Of a stretch of 64,000 bases of DNA, positions 1 through 12,640 are shown piece after piece (the first letter of the stretch is position 1; every line of letters starts with the position of its first letter). The stretch covers positions 5,642,001-5,706,000 of the forward strand of contig NC_087455.1 in the NCBI RefSeq assembly GCF_036321535.1, written 5' to 3'. The notes below the pieces were generated by a model. The model searched no databases and was not told the DNA's origin. It saw only the letters and a program-made list of their open reading frames with translations. The DNA comes from Camelus dromedarius (Eukaryota). A program made the translations under genes and the position numbers.

Positions 1-929
1 TCTTGATTCCACGCCGCCCCGGCCATCAGGGCTGTGGTCTGCACGCCCAGCACTGCCCGCTGTGGACGAGGCACGGTTCTGTGCTCAACAGACACGTGTG
101 CTGCAGGTGCCACAGCGGGGACCGCAGCCCTGACTTCTGCTCAGGGCTCTTTCTACTACGTCTTGACATGTCAAATAACATCTTCAGAACCGCTTTGTAA
201 TCTAAAAGGAGACCAAGTAAAGGATCCTGCGGCGATACTGAGCTACGTACCTGCAGCACAGGATGTACCTGAACATCAGGGTCACCAGGCATTACCTACT
301 AGTGAGCATCAAGGCTGTTGCTCCCCGAAAGTAGTGGCCAAGAATGTTACTTGCTGAAAGGATCTAACATAAAATTGGAAAAACAAAGTTCTTAATTTTA
401 TTAGTCTTAGCCTGCAACACTAATATGCCGTATACATGAAACTCTTAGGCTTGAATAAGGTAGCGCCCCTCTGATCAGGCAACACTTCCAGTTCAGGTGG
501 GAGCATGATTCCTCGGGGATTCAAAAGCATCACAAAGTACTAGATTTCTGAATTCTGTATATGGAAAGTATTAATAGGAATTAGTTCCAGCAACTGAAAT
601 CAAAACCATGACAAAAGCAGAGATGAAAGGCAACGGAGCCGAGTACAAAAGAGGATGCCCGGGGCCAGCGCGGATCCGTGCCACTGCTCAGCCCTGCGAG
701 TGTGGCCAAGCGATCCAGCCTCTCTGAACCTGTGTGAACCCACGACACGGCACAGCAAGCACAGAGCCAGCACTCAGTAACTGAAGACGGTGATGGCGAT
801 GGTGGTCTCCTCGTCAACGTCCACTCCTGGATCCTGGGGGCGATCGGAAAATCTGCTCACTGGTTTACGCTAGATTTCTAATTCTGAGACACACCGTGTG
901 GTACTTGAACCGGTGTTATAATATGTGCA

Positions 930-1320
930 TGCCATGGGCTAAACGGTGTCCCCCCCCCAACCCCTAATCATACGCTGAAGCCCTAACCCCCAGTAACTCA
1001 AAACGTGTATTTGGAGACAGGACCTTTAGAAATGACTACATTAAAATGAGGCCTTGTGTGGGCCCGAGTCCAGTCTGACTGGTGGCATTGTAAGAAAAGA
1101 GATCTGGATACAGAGAGAGTGGGGTGCATGGGCAAGGAGAAAGACACGCGCAGACACAGCGAGCAGCCGGCCAGCTGCAAGTCAAGGACAGGGGCCTCAG
1201 AAGAAACTAAATCTGCCAACTCCTGGATCTTGGACTTCCAGCCTCTAAAACCCCGAGAAAATAAATTTCTACTGCTTAAAATACCACCTGTGGTATCTTG
1301 TTATGGTAACTCTAGCATAA
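930..1320 (+). mobile_element. MaLR solo LTR, MLT1B-like
   Basis: Start tgccatgggctaaacggtgtccccc...gaagccctaaccccc; internal ggatcttggacttccagcctc; end gtggtatcttgttatggtaactctagca. Confidence 0.85.
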
Positions 1321-1439
1321 AGCATTTCTTCATCCTACTCGGTACCACGGCTGCTTCGCTCTGGTCTGCAGTAGGGCAGCTGCTTAGTGAGGCCCGGGGG
1401 GCACAGGGAGGGAGGCACGGTCAGGCAGGCCGAGGGGCA

Positions 1440-1575
1440 AAGCTGGGGCCTCCGCTCATAAGCTGCATGATCCCAGGGAAGTTACCTAATTTCTGTAAAC
1501 AAATTTTCTTCTTTAAAAGGACAGATGCTTATTCCACAGGGTATGAGGACTAAATGATTATTCAGAGTGCCTGAC
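1440..1575 (+). mobile_element. MIR SINE fragment
   Basis: Degenerate MIR core: agctgcatgatcccagggaagttacctaatttct...tgaggactaaatga. Confidence 0.6.
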
Positions 1576-2449
1576 AGTGATTCCTGGGTTTGCCAGTGTG
1601 TACAGTTCCCACACAATTCTCTGTACTCCTTCAGGTAAGCTGAGTTGTGGCATTGAAGAGATCAAAGAGGGCAGATTGGCTGTCTTGAAGGATGTTTCTT
1701 TAAGTGAGTCTTCCCTGACATTCAAAGGGCTTACAATTTATAATGTGCCAGCCTCCTGACTGGTCTCTGCCTCCAGGTTCGCCATCTGCCAGTCCGGCCT
1801 CTAGACAGCCATCCAGCTCATTCCTCTAATCCGAGTGCGGACACCCCGCTCCCTCACAGGTACCTCTGCCATGGCTGCCTACTGCTGCCTCCCGTCTGGA
1901 GCCCGAGCTCCCAGCCTGGGGAGGAGGTGGTCGCGCCTGCTGCCGCCCATCTCTCAGGTGCGTCAGAGCCTCCAGCCCCACGGTGTGATGGGGGCTCCCA
2001 AACCACATGCACTGCTCTGTCCAGCCTCTGTCCTTGTGCCTGGGAAACGCCCTTCCCTGTTTGTACCCCGGTGACCCCAGCTTCCCCTTCACCTTCTCAG
2101 TGAAATGTTCCCAGTATTCCCAAGCAGGCTTGTGCACTGTCTTCTTATGGAAATACTTTTTATGGAGTTTTCCCAAAGACTGTCACAGTAGCTACCATAC
2201 TACATTGCTTTTAACGATTTACACCTGTTTCATTCTGCGAGCCTGTCAAGGAGAGGGCCTCTGTCTCAAAAGCCTTTGTAATCCGAGCCTTGAGCACAGT
2301 GCCTGACCCAGAGCGGACATGTAATAAATGCTGGCTGCACAGATGAGCAAAGGAACAAATGCTTGTGATCGGTCCCGTTAATGTGTTACCACAGCTTACA
2401 GCGGAAAGACTTTACAAGCCTCTCAGCCGGGCTCACGTTGTGGATCATC

Positions 2450-2670
2450 CACTTCTCAGAGCCTAAGTTTCATCATCCTTAAGACAGAGGTGCACTGGCC
2501 TTGCTACTGCTATTCAGATTAAAGGAGACCTGTGAGTAAAGGGTTACACTCCATGTGTGATTTTTGGCAAATTAATCTTACACTCTGTGCTCCTTTTCTT
2601 CACCTACAAAATGGAAACAGCTCCATACACTTCACAAAGTTGCTGGGACTTAAATGAGGTGCCCAGCATC
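2450..2670 (+). mobile_element. Two adjacent MIR fragments
   Basis: ctcagagcctaagtttcatcatcc and ctctgtgctccttttcttcacctacaaaatgg...gggacttaaatgagg match the MIR core. Confidence 0.55.
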
Positions 2671-3675
2671 CACTCTGTGCCAGTAATACCCTCTTCCCAT
2701 GTGCCGTGTGCCAAAATCCTCAAGGATACAAATACGATGCACAAAGCTTCCCCTAAAAAAGACCAGTTGGGAGTCAAAGTTTAAAGGCTACTTAATAACT
2801 ACAAATTATACACGAAAAGAGTCTGGCATGAGCAAAAAAGAGAAAAACTCATAACCCTGTCAACCCCAGTAGCAGAGTGCCTATCTGCGCAAAGCTCGCC
2901 CCACACCGTAAGAGTTCAAAAGTCCATTTATAATTCAGGCTTCACCAAAATAACCACGTGGTCCACGTCTATTTACGCTTCGTGAAGTCGGTATGAAGCT
3001 GGTGTGTGTCTATCTTTGTCTTTCCCTTAGAATTTAAACATGAAGCAAGGGGTTTTAGGCATTTAGGAAAACATTCTGAACAGAACAAACACAGATTTCA
3101 CACATCAATGAACACCAAGGTATATTATCAGAAGAGATGACTATAAGGCTGTTTTGCCTCTGATAACACTTATTTCTGAGTAAATACTACTTTAGAAAGT
3201 GGATTAGAACTCACTACTCACAAATAAGAATGTGAAGTTAAAACAGGGGGACTGCTGCTAAGACATGGAAATGATCCATGAATATGAAACAAAACCTCTG
3301 GCTCTTCCGCCCCCAGGAACTGACAATGTGGGATATTTAATTTCTGACATGATTTTGATCCTTAGGATTTGAAGAGCCACAGATCTGGTAGACATTGTTC
3401 CTCCCTAGAATATACTGAATGCTTAAGTCGAAGTTTTAGAGTCAATAAAATTTCAAACTGAATTTTCCAAGACTCGCTGCTTTAGCACTGCAGTAAATCT
3501 GGGAGGAGCAGTACATGCCAGTGGTGGGCTAGGCAGTGTTTCTCCAATTAAAACAAACGAAAACAAGGCAGGCCAAGTCGAAGCACCCTCACTGACTGAT
3601 CATCCATCCTCCTTTTCCCAGAGTAGAGGGCACAAGCGTCTGCCATGGGGTCTGGGCACAAAGACGCACTCTTAC

Positions 3676-3758
3676 CTTTGGGCTGGGGTGCTATAGCTGT
3701 TCTCATAGGAATCATAACTCTGTTCATCATAAGCAGTGCCATAGCCATCATCATAGTC
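3676..3758 (-). CDS. KHDRBS3: KHDRBS3 exon 7 (83 nt, phase 0->2): DYDDGYGTAYDEQSYDSYENSYSTPAQ(S), tyrosine-rich tail
   Basis: Acceptor ctctcctgttacgttttag; donor AAG|GTAAGA. Tyr/Asp-rich peptide typical of the SLM2 C-terminal region. Confidence 0.97.
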
Positions 3759-4199
3759 CTAAAACGTAACAGGAGAGGTAAAGAGAGTTCAGAGAAGTTT
3801 CTGGAAAGAAAGAAGCATTCTGCTTTGAGTGAATCTTTATTAATTCAGCTATCATTTAACTATATATCTAATTACAATGTAAGGAAAAGTGTAAAAGTGA
3901 CATCAGTGACAATAATAGAGTAAGAACCTCCAAAACTTCTCTCTAAAAAAGCAAAAAGGAATTGGCAAAAATTTTTAGAATCAACATTTTTAGAATTCTG
4001 GAAATTAACCAAAGACTTGCAGAGATCTAGAATGCACTTATTTTTTAAAAACTCACTGGCTCTTGAAATGAGCACTGACCTCTGTGATGTTCTAACTCGT
4101 CCTATTCCCACCCCTCACCCCAGCTCTGCAGGAGCCACCATCCATCAGGGTGGAAACCAGCAGGCTGATGGTCACCGGCAGGGCAGGGTAGAGGGGAGT

Positions 4200-6705
4200 A
4201 CTTTCGAAACTCCATTCCCAGAGGACTGTTTTTACTGACCTGACTTGGAGCTCCTCCAGTGCACAAAGCCTTTTCCTTGAGGTTATGTGAAGAAAATAAT
4301 TATAGAGGGAAGTGTTTACAATGTTAGCTGCTTGATGTGGTGGAGAAAAACTGAAGCAAACAACAGACTAACCAAAAAGTTTACAGGGAAAAGTGAGGGA
4401 ATGAGATGCCCATACGGTCTTCGTGAAACTCTGACATATTTCTGAAATCTCAAAGGCTATGTACATGCACAGTGTCATGTACTTGCCCAGTAAAGATCTG
4501 AGCAGGCCCTGAGGTCTCTCCTCTGGCTGACCTTGAGGTTCGGAATAAGAAGAAAAGTCAAGGCTAAGCCAGAGCTAGTTGTAAACTGATTGGCTGAAGG
4601 TTGAAGACATACTCCAGCACCTACCACAGGCTCTCGGCAAGACTAGGAACTTAGCTTCCACACATTCAGTAAAATCTCTGTCCAATCATTAATTTGCCAG
4701 ACTGCTAAGGAAACAGAGAGGAGATATTTCAATGGCAAAACATGGTAAATACTGACTTTACAATATTACTTTGTGAAAGTAACTAAACCAAAAAAAAAAA
4801 AAAAATCTTAGGGAGGGAGAAGAGTTTGATTTCCATATGGACACAATATGTTAAATTTCCAGTTTTAAACAAACAAACAAAAAAATTATGCAACATGCAA
4901 AGAAACACAAAAGTATGGTCCACACACAAGAAAAAAGTAGTCAACAGACAATATCCCTGAGGAGGCTGAGTCACCGCACTTACTAGACAAAGACTTTAAA
5001 TCAGTTATTTGAAATGTATTTAAGGAACTAAATAATGGCCTATGTCAAAAAACTAAAAAGAGTATGAGATCAGTGTCTCACCAAATAGCAAATATTAATA
5101 TAGACACAGGAAATACAGAAAAAAATCCAAAGAAATTCTTGAAGTGCAAAGTATAATAACTCAAATGAAAAATTCACTAGCAGGGTTCAACAGCAGATAC
5201 GAGAAGGCAGAAGAATCAGTGAACTTGAAGACTGAGATTATTTAGTCTGAGAAAGAGGAGAAAAAAATGAAGAAAATGACCAGAGCCTCAGAGACCTGTG
5301 GGACATCATTAAACACAGGAACATACGCATAAAGAGATTCCCAGAAGGAGAAAAGAGCAGAAAGATTATTTGGAGAAATAATGGATTAAAACTTCCCAAA
5401 TTTGATTAAAAAATTTAATCTGTACATCTAAGAAGCTCAGAGACCCACACCTAGATACATCATCCAAATGTTAAAAGACAAAGGGAGACTCTTAAAGCAG
5501 CAGGAGAGAAGCTGCTTATCACATGCAAGACCCTCCCTAAGATCAGAAGCTGATTTCTCAGGAGAGGCCCTGGAGGCTAGCAGACAGTGGGATTCTGCAT
5601 CCCAAATACTAAAAAAATAAAAAATAAGTAAATAAATAAAAGAAAAAGAAAAAAAGACTTGCAACCCAGAACTCTATATCCAGCAACACTATCCTTCAAA
5701 AATGGAAAAATTAAGATACTTTCAGGAAAACAAAACCTGAGAGAATTCATCAATAGAAGATATGCCTCATAAGAATATTAAAAGAAGTTCTTTAGGTAAA
5801 GTGAAAGGTCAACTGACCAGTAACTCGAATCCCCATGAAAAAAGTGAACACTTATACAGGTCAATTTCTTAGGTAAACATAAAAGACGGTGTCAATGTAT
5901 TTTTTGTTTTAACTCTTTTTTCTACTGTCTGATTTAAAATAAATAATTAGAAAAAAATAGTAAATAATTACAAACTTGTACTGATTGGGCGTATATTAAG
6001 ATGTAATCTGTAGAACAGTAACAACACAAAGTAAGGAAGCTGAGAATGAGCTTGGTCCACAGAGGACCAATGTTTTCATGTACTGTTGAAATTAAGTTGG
6101 TATAAATCTGAAAAAAGACTGATATAAGTTAAGACATAAACTGTAATCTCCAGGACAAGATAAGAAAATACTTCTAAAAATAAAGTAGAAAAAGAAATGA
6201 CAATGGTATTAAAGTGGTGCAGTAAAAAAATATTTATTCAGCCCAAAAGGGAGGGTTAGTGAGGTACAAAACAAACAAACCGGAAGACACACAGAAAACA
6301 AAGAGCAACGTGGCAGATGTAAGTCCCACCTTGCCAGCAATTACACAAACGTAAATAAATTAAAGACTAATGAAAAGGAAGAAATTGGCAACATGTTAAC
6401 AAAGAAAAGGATCTGACCACATGCTGACTACAAGTGACACACTTTAGATTCAATGATGAAAATATGTTTAAAGAAGAAAGGAAAAAGGTATACCATACAA
6501 AGCAAAAGAAACCTAGTGCAGCTGTACTGTATCAGACGAAACAGACTTCAAAAACTGTTACTAGAGAAAAAGAAGGGCATTCATTTACAGTGATAAGGGG
6601 GTCAATCTATTAAGAAGATAAAATGATTATAAAAATGTCTACACATACATGAAACACTTCTAACAACAGAGCTCAAAATACATGAAGCAAAAACTGACTA
6701 AATTA
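4200..6705 (+). mobile_element. Ancient L1M LINE-1 (5' region, ORF1 remnant, start of ORF2 endonuclease), 3'-truncated
   Basis: A-rich decayed L1 with ctagacaaagactttaaa, cagagcctcagagacctgtgggacatcatt, gaactctatatccagcaacactatccttc and aacagagctcaaaatacatgaagcaaaaactgac. No intact ORF. Confidence 0.85.
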
Positions 6706-8979
6706 AGCGGATGTTGCCGACATGGTGGAGGCACAGGAGCCACAGCCCAGGGAGCACGCTGGCCTCGCGTGGAACGGGAGGGCGGCAGACAACTGCAGAC
6801 AGAACTATAACGCAGCGTGTCACATGCTGCGGCAAAGGTGAGCGTCAAGCGGCACCGAAGAGCCCAACTGGGAGGGGGGAGAAAATTTCCCGCAGGTGTG
6901 GACGCTAGACCTTAGTTCCAAAGCTGAGAAAAGCAAAAGTAGCTGGGAAAATTCATTAAAAGTAACAATCAGGCAGAACGAAGAGCAGGTGCAAAAAGAC
7001 GGCAGCACAGACGTACCCCTTCACACCCTGGGCTGGCCGGGCACACCGTGGGACGCAAACGGGAGAGGAGAGCAATGGGGCTGAGAAACCCATAAACCAG
7101 ACCAGGAGCGGCCCAGTTACGGAGGGTGGATTTAGATTTCAAGTGGCACGATCCACTCTGCATTGCAGATCTCTCTCTGGTAACAGCGTGTGGGCTTGGA
7201 ATAGGAAGGGTCAGTCTGGAGGGCTAGACCTCGCAAATAGCTCAGTGCCCTGAGCACGCAGGCTGGCAAAATGCAGAGCTCATGTTTCTTTAGTAGCTTA
7301 AAAAGAATATGGCTTCACCAACTGCAGAATTCTCTTTCTATGCTTAAATAATCGAGATTCTTTAAATTCCGGTAAATGACTGGAATTTTCTTAAATAACT
7401 GAAATGTTAAGTACTATATTATTTTAAACCTACAGTTACGTCATTCATTCCTTGTTCAAATATTATTACAATACTGTTTACTTGAAATTTCGAATTGTTT
7501 ATTAGGTCACTGACTTATTGACTTTCATATTTCACACTGAAGACTTTAAAAGACTAAATTTGCAATTCTCACAAGATTTCTTTCATGGTGATTTCAAAGG
7601 TGGATTTGGCCATGCAGGTGCACCCTCTCCCATGACAACTATTATTTGTTCAATGGACAGGACCTGAAATACAAGGAAGCATAAAGGGACCGTGACAGGG
7701 CAACAGGAGGAAAAGCTGAGTGTGACTGCAAATAAACTGACGAGTCCCTAGGAGGGAGCAGACACGATTCTTGCTGATTGCTCGCTGTTTCATCACAAGG
7801 CAGGAGATGAGGTCACTGGCTAAGAACACTTGAGGAGCTCAGCAAGCAAGGGACTCAACAGATGGCTCAAGTGAGGACAGTGGGGGTGGCGGAGCTGGGG
7901 GGCCTCTGAACATGAGGCCCCTTGTCTGAGGCCTGGGCGATCTGAGGTGCAGCAGCCCCCTCTTTTTCCCTGCTGCCCCCCTCTTCCAGTCTTCCCAACA
8001 ACTGGTTGCTTTTCTTATGAGTATAATCTGACATCATGAAATTCCTCTTTCGAGTTTTCCAAGGCTAGAGGAGAAATTTTTTAAAAAGTGTATGCATTGT
8101 CACAGGTGAACATATACCCGAGTAGAACCATAAATCTAGTATAGAAGAGGGTGATACTGACTCCGTTCCCTCACACCGCTCAGCTTAGGATCTACTCTTA
8201 AAAAGCTTGCCAGGATCTGAGACGGGGAACTCACTACCTAACTGTTGGCAGAGCTCACATATGCTGAACAGTTTTTTTTTAATACTTGAAATCTTTGCAT
8301 AATCTCTCACATTTCTGTATCTTCTCCTAGAGAATGTTCTCCTTCATGACATGTCAGTCTACGTGCCAGCCCCATTTTGCGCCACGTGCCCTGTGCTTCA
8401 AGCGTAACAGTCAGGGCCAGTTTACATGCTGTTCCCTATAGTCCCTGAACCCGCCCTCGCTAGTCAGTTTTTCAGGAGGAAGTGCCACTGAGCCTGCCTT
8501 TCTGCTGTGTCTTCTCAGCCCCACAGACCCAGCGTCTACCACCCCTGTGTTATGTCAACAGTGAACCACTGCACATGCCCTCATTACTGTGCAGAAAAAA
8601 CTGACCAGCTCCTGTCCTCACCCACCATCATGAACACTGTCGCATTTACGCTCCTACACAGAGTGACAGCAGTGCCTGGACCACTCAGTAGATGCCCATG
8701 TGATCTGGACTGAACGTCTCCAGAGCACGAGCCCCGTAAATCCCTCCTCCACGCAATCCCCTCATCTGCCCTGAGTCAGCCTTAGCTCATCTGTGTATCT
8801 TGGGAGCCGCTCCTCAGGGCACCAAAGTGAAGAAACTCCTTTATTCTAAGCAACTTACTGACCTTCCACTGGAAGAAGCTTCATCAAGCTCCTTTATGTT
8901 GTCAAAATGCCCTGCAAAGGGCTTTTATTCCCTTCTTTGCACTTTGCAAACAGGGCCCTGTGCCCGTGAGTGGGGTGCA

Positions 8980-9660
8980 CTGGAGACACACACTTCTGAT
9001 CAGGTGGGGGGAACCGCCGTCTACACGACCCTCTGCAGGCGTTTCCGTCTGCGCAGAGTCAGTGCCTGGCCCTGCACCACCTCACCATCACTCCACCTGG
9101 CCGATAAACCTTTACTCTTATCTCTCACTTCTCCCTCATACCTTCCATCTACATTGCCACTGCGATGGCATCAGATTCATTCTGAGTTTCTCCCCTGGAC
9201 CAGGACAGTACTCCACCATCTCGCTGGCTTCCGAGTACTTCCTTACCTAAACCTTTCTCCAGAATTCTCTGCTAAGATGCTCATCTAAGCTTGTTGCTTC
9301 CCTGATTACAAGTCTCCACTCTTCTCTCCTGGTTCCTAGGAGATAAAGAACAAACTGCTAAGTCTTGCCCTTGGCAGCTTACACAGAGACAGTGCACCAT
9401 CTGCTTCAGCGCCGTGTTACGGGCCCTGAAGAAGCTGCTTCTCTGCTTCATGCTGTCGTTTCTCCACACGGGCTGTTTTCTCTGCCATTACCTTCGAGGT
9501 CCTCCCCCGGAAGGTTCTGGGCTGAATTATCGCCCCTTCCTCTGTACTTCCATGATAACCGGTAACTGTAACTGGTACCTTGCACACACACGGTGCCTGC
9601 AATTATTTGGCACATAGTAGTGTTTGTTGAAGGAAATGAATGAATGAATGAATGAATAAA
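8980..9660 (+). mobile_element. L2 LINE 3' part ending in (GAAT)n
   Basis: Terminal ggtgcctg...ggcacatagtag...tgttgaaggaaatgaatgaatgaatgaatgaat is the characteristic L2 tail. Confidence 0.75.
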
Positions 9661-10789
9661 AGGAAATAATTAAAGGCCAAGTGGCAGGAAACATAGCAAT
9701 AGCTTCTTTAAGATGAATGCAAGCTGAGGAGATATGGTAGAATGAAATGCAGTATTTATTAAAATGCTGTAAATTCTGATAATGAGAGCTTACCTGAATT
9801 CTTTTTTTCAAACATTACCTATCAATTTTTATATTCCCTGCCCTCAGCAAAAAATTTCCCTTTAAAACCCTGTACTCTATTTCTGAAAGTAAGAACATTA
9901 TTAATACAGTGAACAAAGATGGACAAGAAATAAATGTATATTAATATACATTCCTGCCTCATTAAAAAAAAAAGACTTATTCATCAAGCTTCACTTTTGA
10001 GATTTATCTTCGATTAGGAAGATGTCTAAATGGAGCTGACAGGGTGCCCTGGACACTACGTAGGTGCCAGGGCCGCAGTGGGCGAAACATCCTAACACAA
10101 GGAGAGACCCTTCGTCCACCGCCCCTGGCCTGCAAACCCCACCGACACACAGCCAACCACCAAAGAAATCTTGCTTTGAAGAGAAGAGATTTTCCAGGAT
10201 AAAGGAAACAGCATGACCTATTTAATTCTATTTCTGTCACAAGTAAAATCAAGCATAAAATTTAAGCTGGGAAAAAACATTTTAAACAGCCAGAATTTAT
10301 AAAAGAGTGATTTTAAAAAATAATGTTTCTGTTTTGAGTCCTTTTAAAAGGAGACAATTACACTACATACCACCTCGCTTTCTTTATGGTGAAAACTGGT
10401 CATTTCAAAACGTAAAAAGTGTTCATATAAAGTAGAGTGTTAAAGTATTTAAATCGAGTCTTCTCATGATTATTTTGAGTTTATAAAGCAAATACATTTA
10501 AAAGTCTTTTGAGAAATTCATTTTTGCTGGGGTTCTGAATGATAGTAATACCCCTGCTGAGTCACCAATGACCATGAACACATCACATAACCAAGTCGTT
10601 TTATAATTAAGGACAAAATCACAACATTAGTAATAATTCTACACAAGAATCTGTCTCCCAAAATCATTTAAATACAACACCATTCATTCAACAATCCAAT
10701 CCCACCCCCTGCTGACCTCTGGCCGGGGGAACACACTATGCCGCTCTAGACTCACACAACTTCTCCACGTCCTTCTGATGCCCGTGTTC

Positions 10790-10965
10790 AAACCCTCGCT
10801 CCGCCTCCTAACTGGCTGTGTGGCTTTGGGCACATCACCTACCCTCCTTGCACCTCAGTTTTACCATCTGCCAAACAAGAATCGTAATCCATGTCCTGGC
10901 TATTTCCAACGGTTGTGGGAGGATTAACCAGAAAAATATTTATGAAAGCTGTTTGGCACAGCTGT
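10790..10965 (+). mobile_element. MIR SINE
   Basis: gttcaaaccctcgctccgcctcctaactggctgtgtggctttgggcacatc...cctcagttttaccatctgccaaac...gaggattaac. Confidence 0.75.
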
Positions 10966-12009
10966 TGCCAAATAAAGCTGGTTCCATTTTACTGAACAGC
11001 TATTTCCACTCAAGCTATTGGGCCAGAGAAACATCAGAGCTAACCAGGTATTTCTCTTCCATAGAATGTGATAAATTCTTAAAACTTTGTCTGGACTATG
11101 ATGTCTACATTTTCATTCTGTAAATACTCGTATTAACTACTACTGTGGTTTTTTAGATAAAGTGGCTGACCAAGATTATCTGTAATTCTATCTACATCTG
11201 AACACAGCTTTAAAAATACATTTACATCAATTATTCATAGAATGTCTTCACTTCTCTCAGTTTGTATCTGAGATAGAACTAGATTTGTTTAGATCTGACA
11301 AGGAATACAGTACAATACAAAACAGAAAAGAAAACAACAAAGAAGTTAACCCAGAAATCCCACAGACAAAGGAAGGGCAAAGTGTAAATAGAAAATTAAA
11401 GACAAATAAAATTAAACCAGAAATCCCACAAAGAAGGGAAAAAGGGGAATGACTAAATTTTATTAAGCCCACATTATGTACCTCATGCTAAGGATTTTAA
11501 TGTATTTAATTTTCTGCAGAAAACAGGCATTTGGTGAACGCCTGCTGTTCTAAGCACTTGGGGATACAGTACTGAACAAACAACAGACATCTCTGTCCTC
11601 GGGGCCTACATGCCCAGGGGGAGCACACAAAAACGAGTCGTCCCACATACAGCACATGGCACAGCGAGAGCGCGGAGAAGCCTGACATCTCAGACAGGCG
11701 CCAGGGTCCTTACAGAAAAGGCTCCGCACGCACACGTGAAAGCAGCAAGGCTGGTCATGCATGCTTCCGGTGGGGGGGTGGGGTGGGGGTGGCAGCTGGG
11801 GACAGTGGCAGCTCTGGCAGAAGGAACAGCGAGGACAGAGGTCTGGGGCGGAGAGGTCCCAGCGGGGTGGGCTGGGAGAGAAGATCGGGAGCACGTCCCG
11901 TGGGGCCTTTGGGGCTGGAAGTGACTGAGGCGCCACTGCAGGGGCTCTTGTGCCGTGTGTGAGCTTCTGGGTCCAGGTTTCTCTTTGCTTCACTGACCTG
12001 ACTTCCCGG

Positions 12010-12640
12010 CACTATTTCTTCCTTTATCTGTGTCTAACCTGCAACTAAAACCATTTCACTATTTTTTATATTTTTCAGTTCTAGAATATCTACATTTTCT
12101 ATATCTTCCAGTTCTCTGCTTAAATCATCACTTTTATCTTTTACTTCCATGATTAAAATAAGCATAGTTATTTTAAAGTTTGTGTCTGCTATAGGAATCT
12201 GTTGTGGTCTGTTTTTACTGTTTTCTCAGTTTTTTTACTATGATACTTTCTTGAATACCTGAAATTTTTGATTAATTGTAATTACATACGAAAAATCACA
12301 GAAATAATTGAAGACCTACACTGTTATATTTCTCCAGAGGGATTTTATATTTGTTTTGGGAGGAAGGATACAGGAATTAGCAATTCCAGCTTAATCTGCA
12401 TCCACAAAGGACCGAGGTGATGAGGGAACCTTCCTCTGGGAGATCCAATCCACAGCCTAGGGGATTTATCAGCCCCCTTCAGCCAAACTTGGAGGTGGGG
12501 AGCTTAAACTTCAATTGCTTTTTTTTAACTTTCCCAAGTTCTGGATTACTTTTAAGGCTCAATTTGGCTTCTCAGCTCCCTCTTCAAGTTGGCAGAAGCC
12601 CTCACAGCCTTTCTCAAACAGGGTTCCACCAGGGATTGAA
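12010..12640 (-). mobile_element. Old L1 5'/ORF1-region fragment (L1ME/HAL1-like)
   Basis: T-rich aaaccatttcactattttttatatttttcagttctagaatatc...ccagttctctgct resembles the reverse complement of L1ME ORF1. Confidence 0.55.

Noticed and set aside
540-886. 17-18-nt direct repeat CTAGATTTCT(G)AATTCTG spaced about 330 bp apart (possible TSD)
   Set aside because: The enclosed sequence has no poly(A), LTR or TIR ends and includes only a MIR-like scrap. Most likely coincidence.
3645-3923. 92-aa plus-strand ORF with a transmembrane-like stretch (WGAIAVLIGIITLFIISSAIAIIIVL) followed by KRNRR
   Set aside because: It is the antisense reading of exon 7. TAT/GAT (Tyr/Asp) codons read as ATA/ATC (Ile) on the other strand, so the hydrophobicity is a shadow of the real exon. 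No promoter or splice support was seen.
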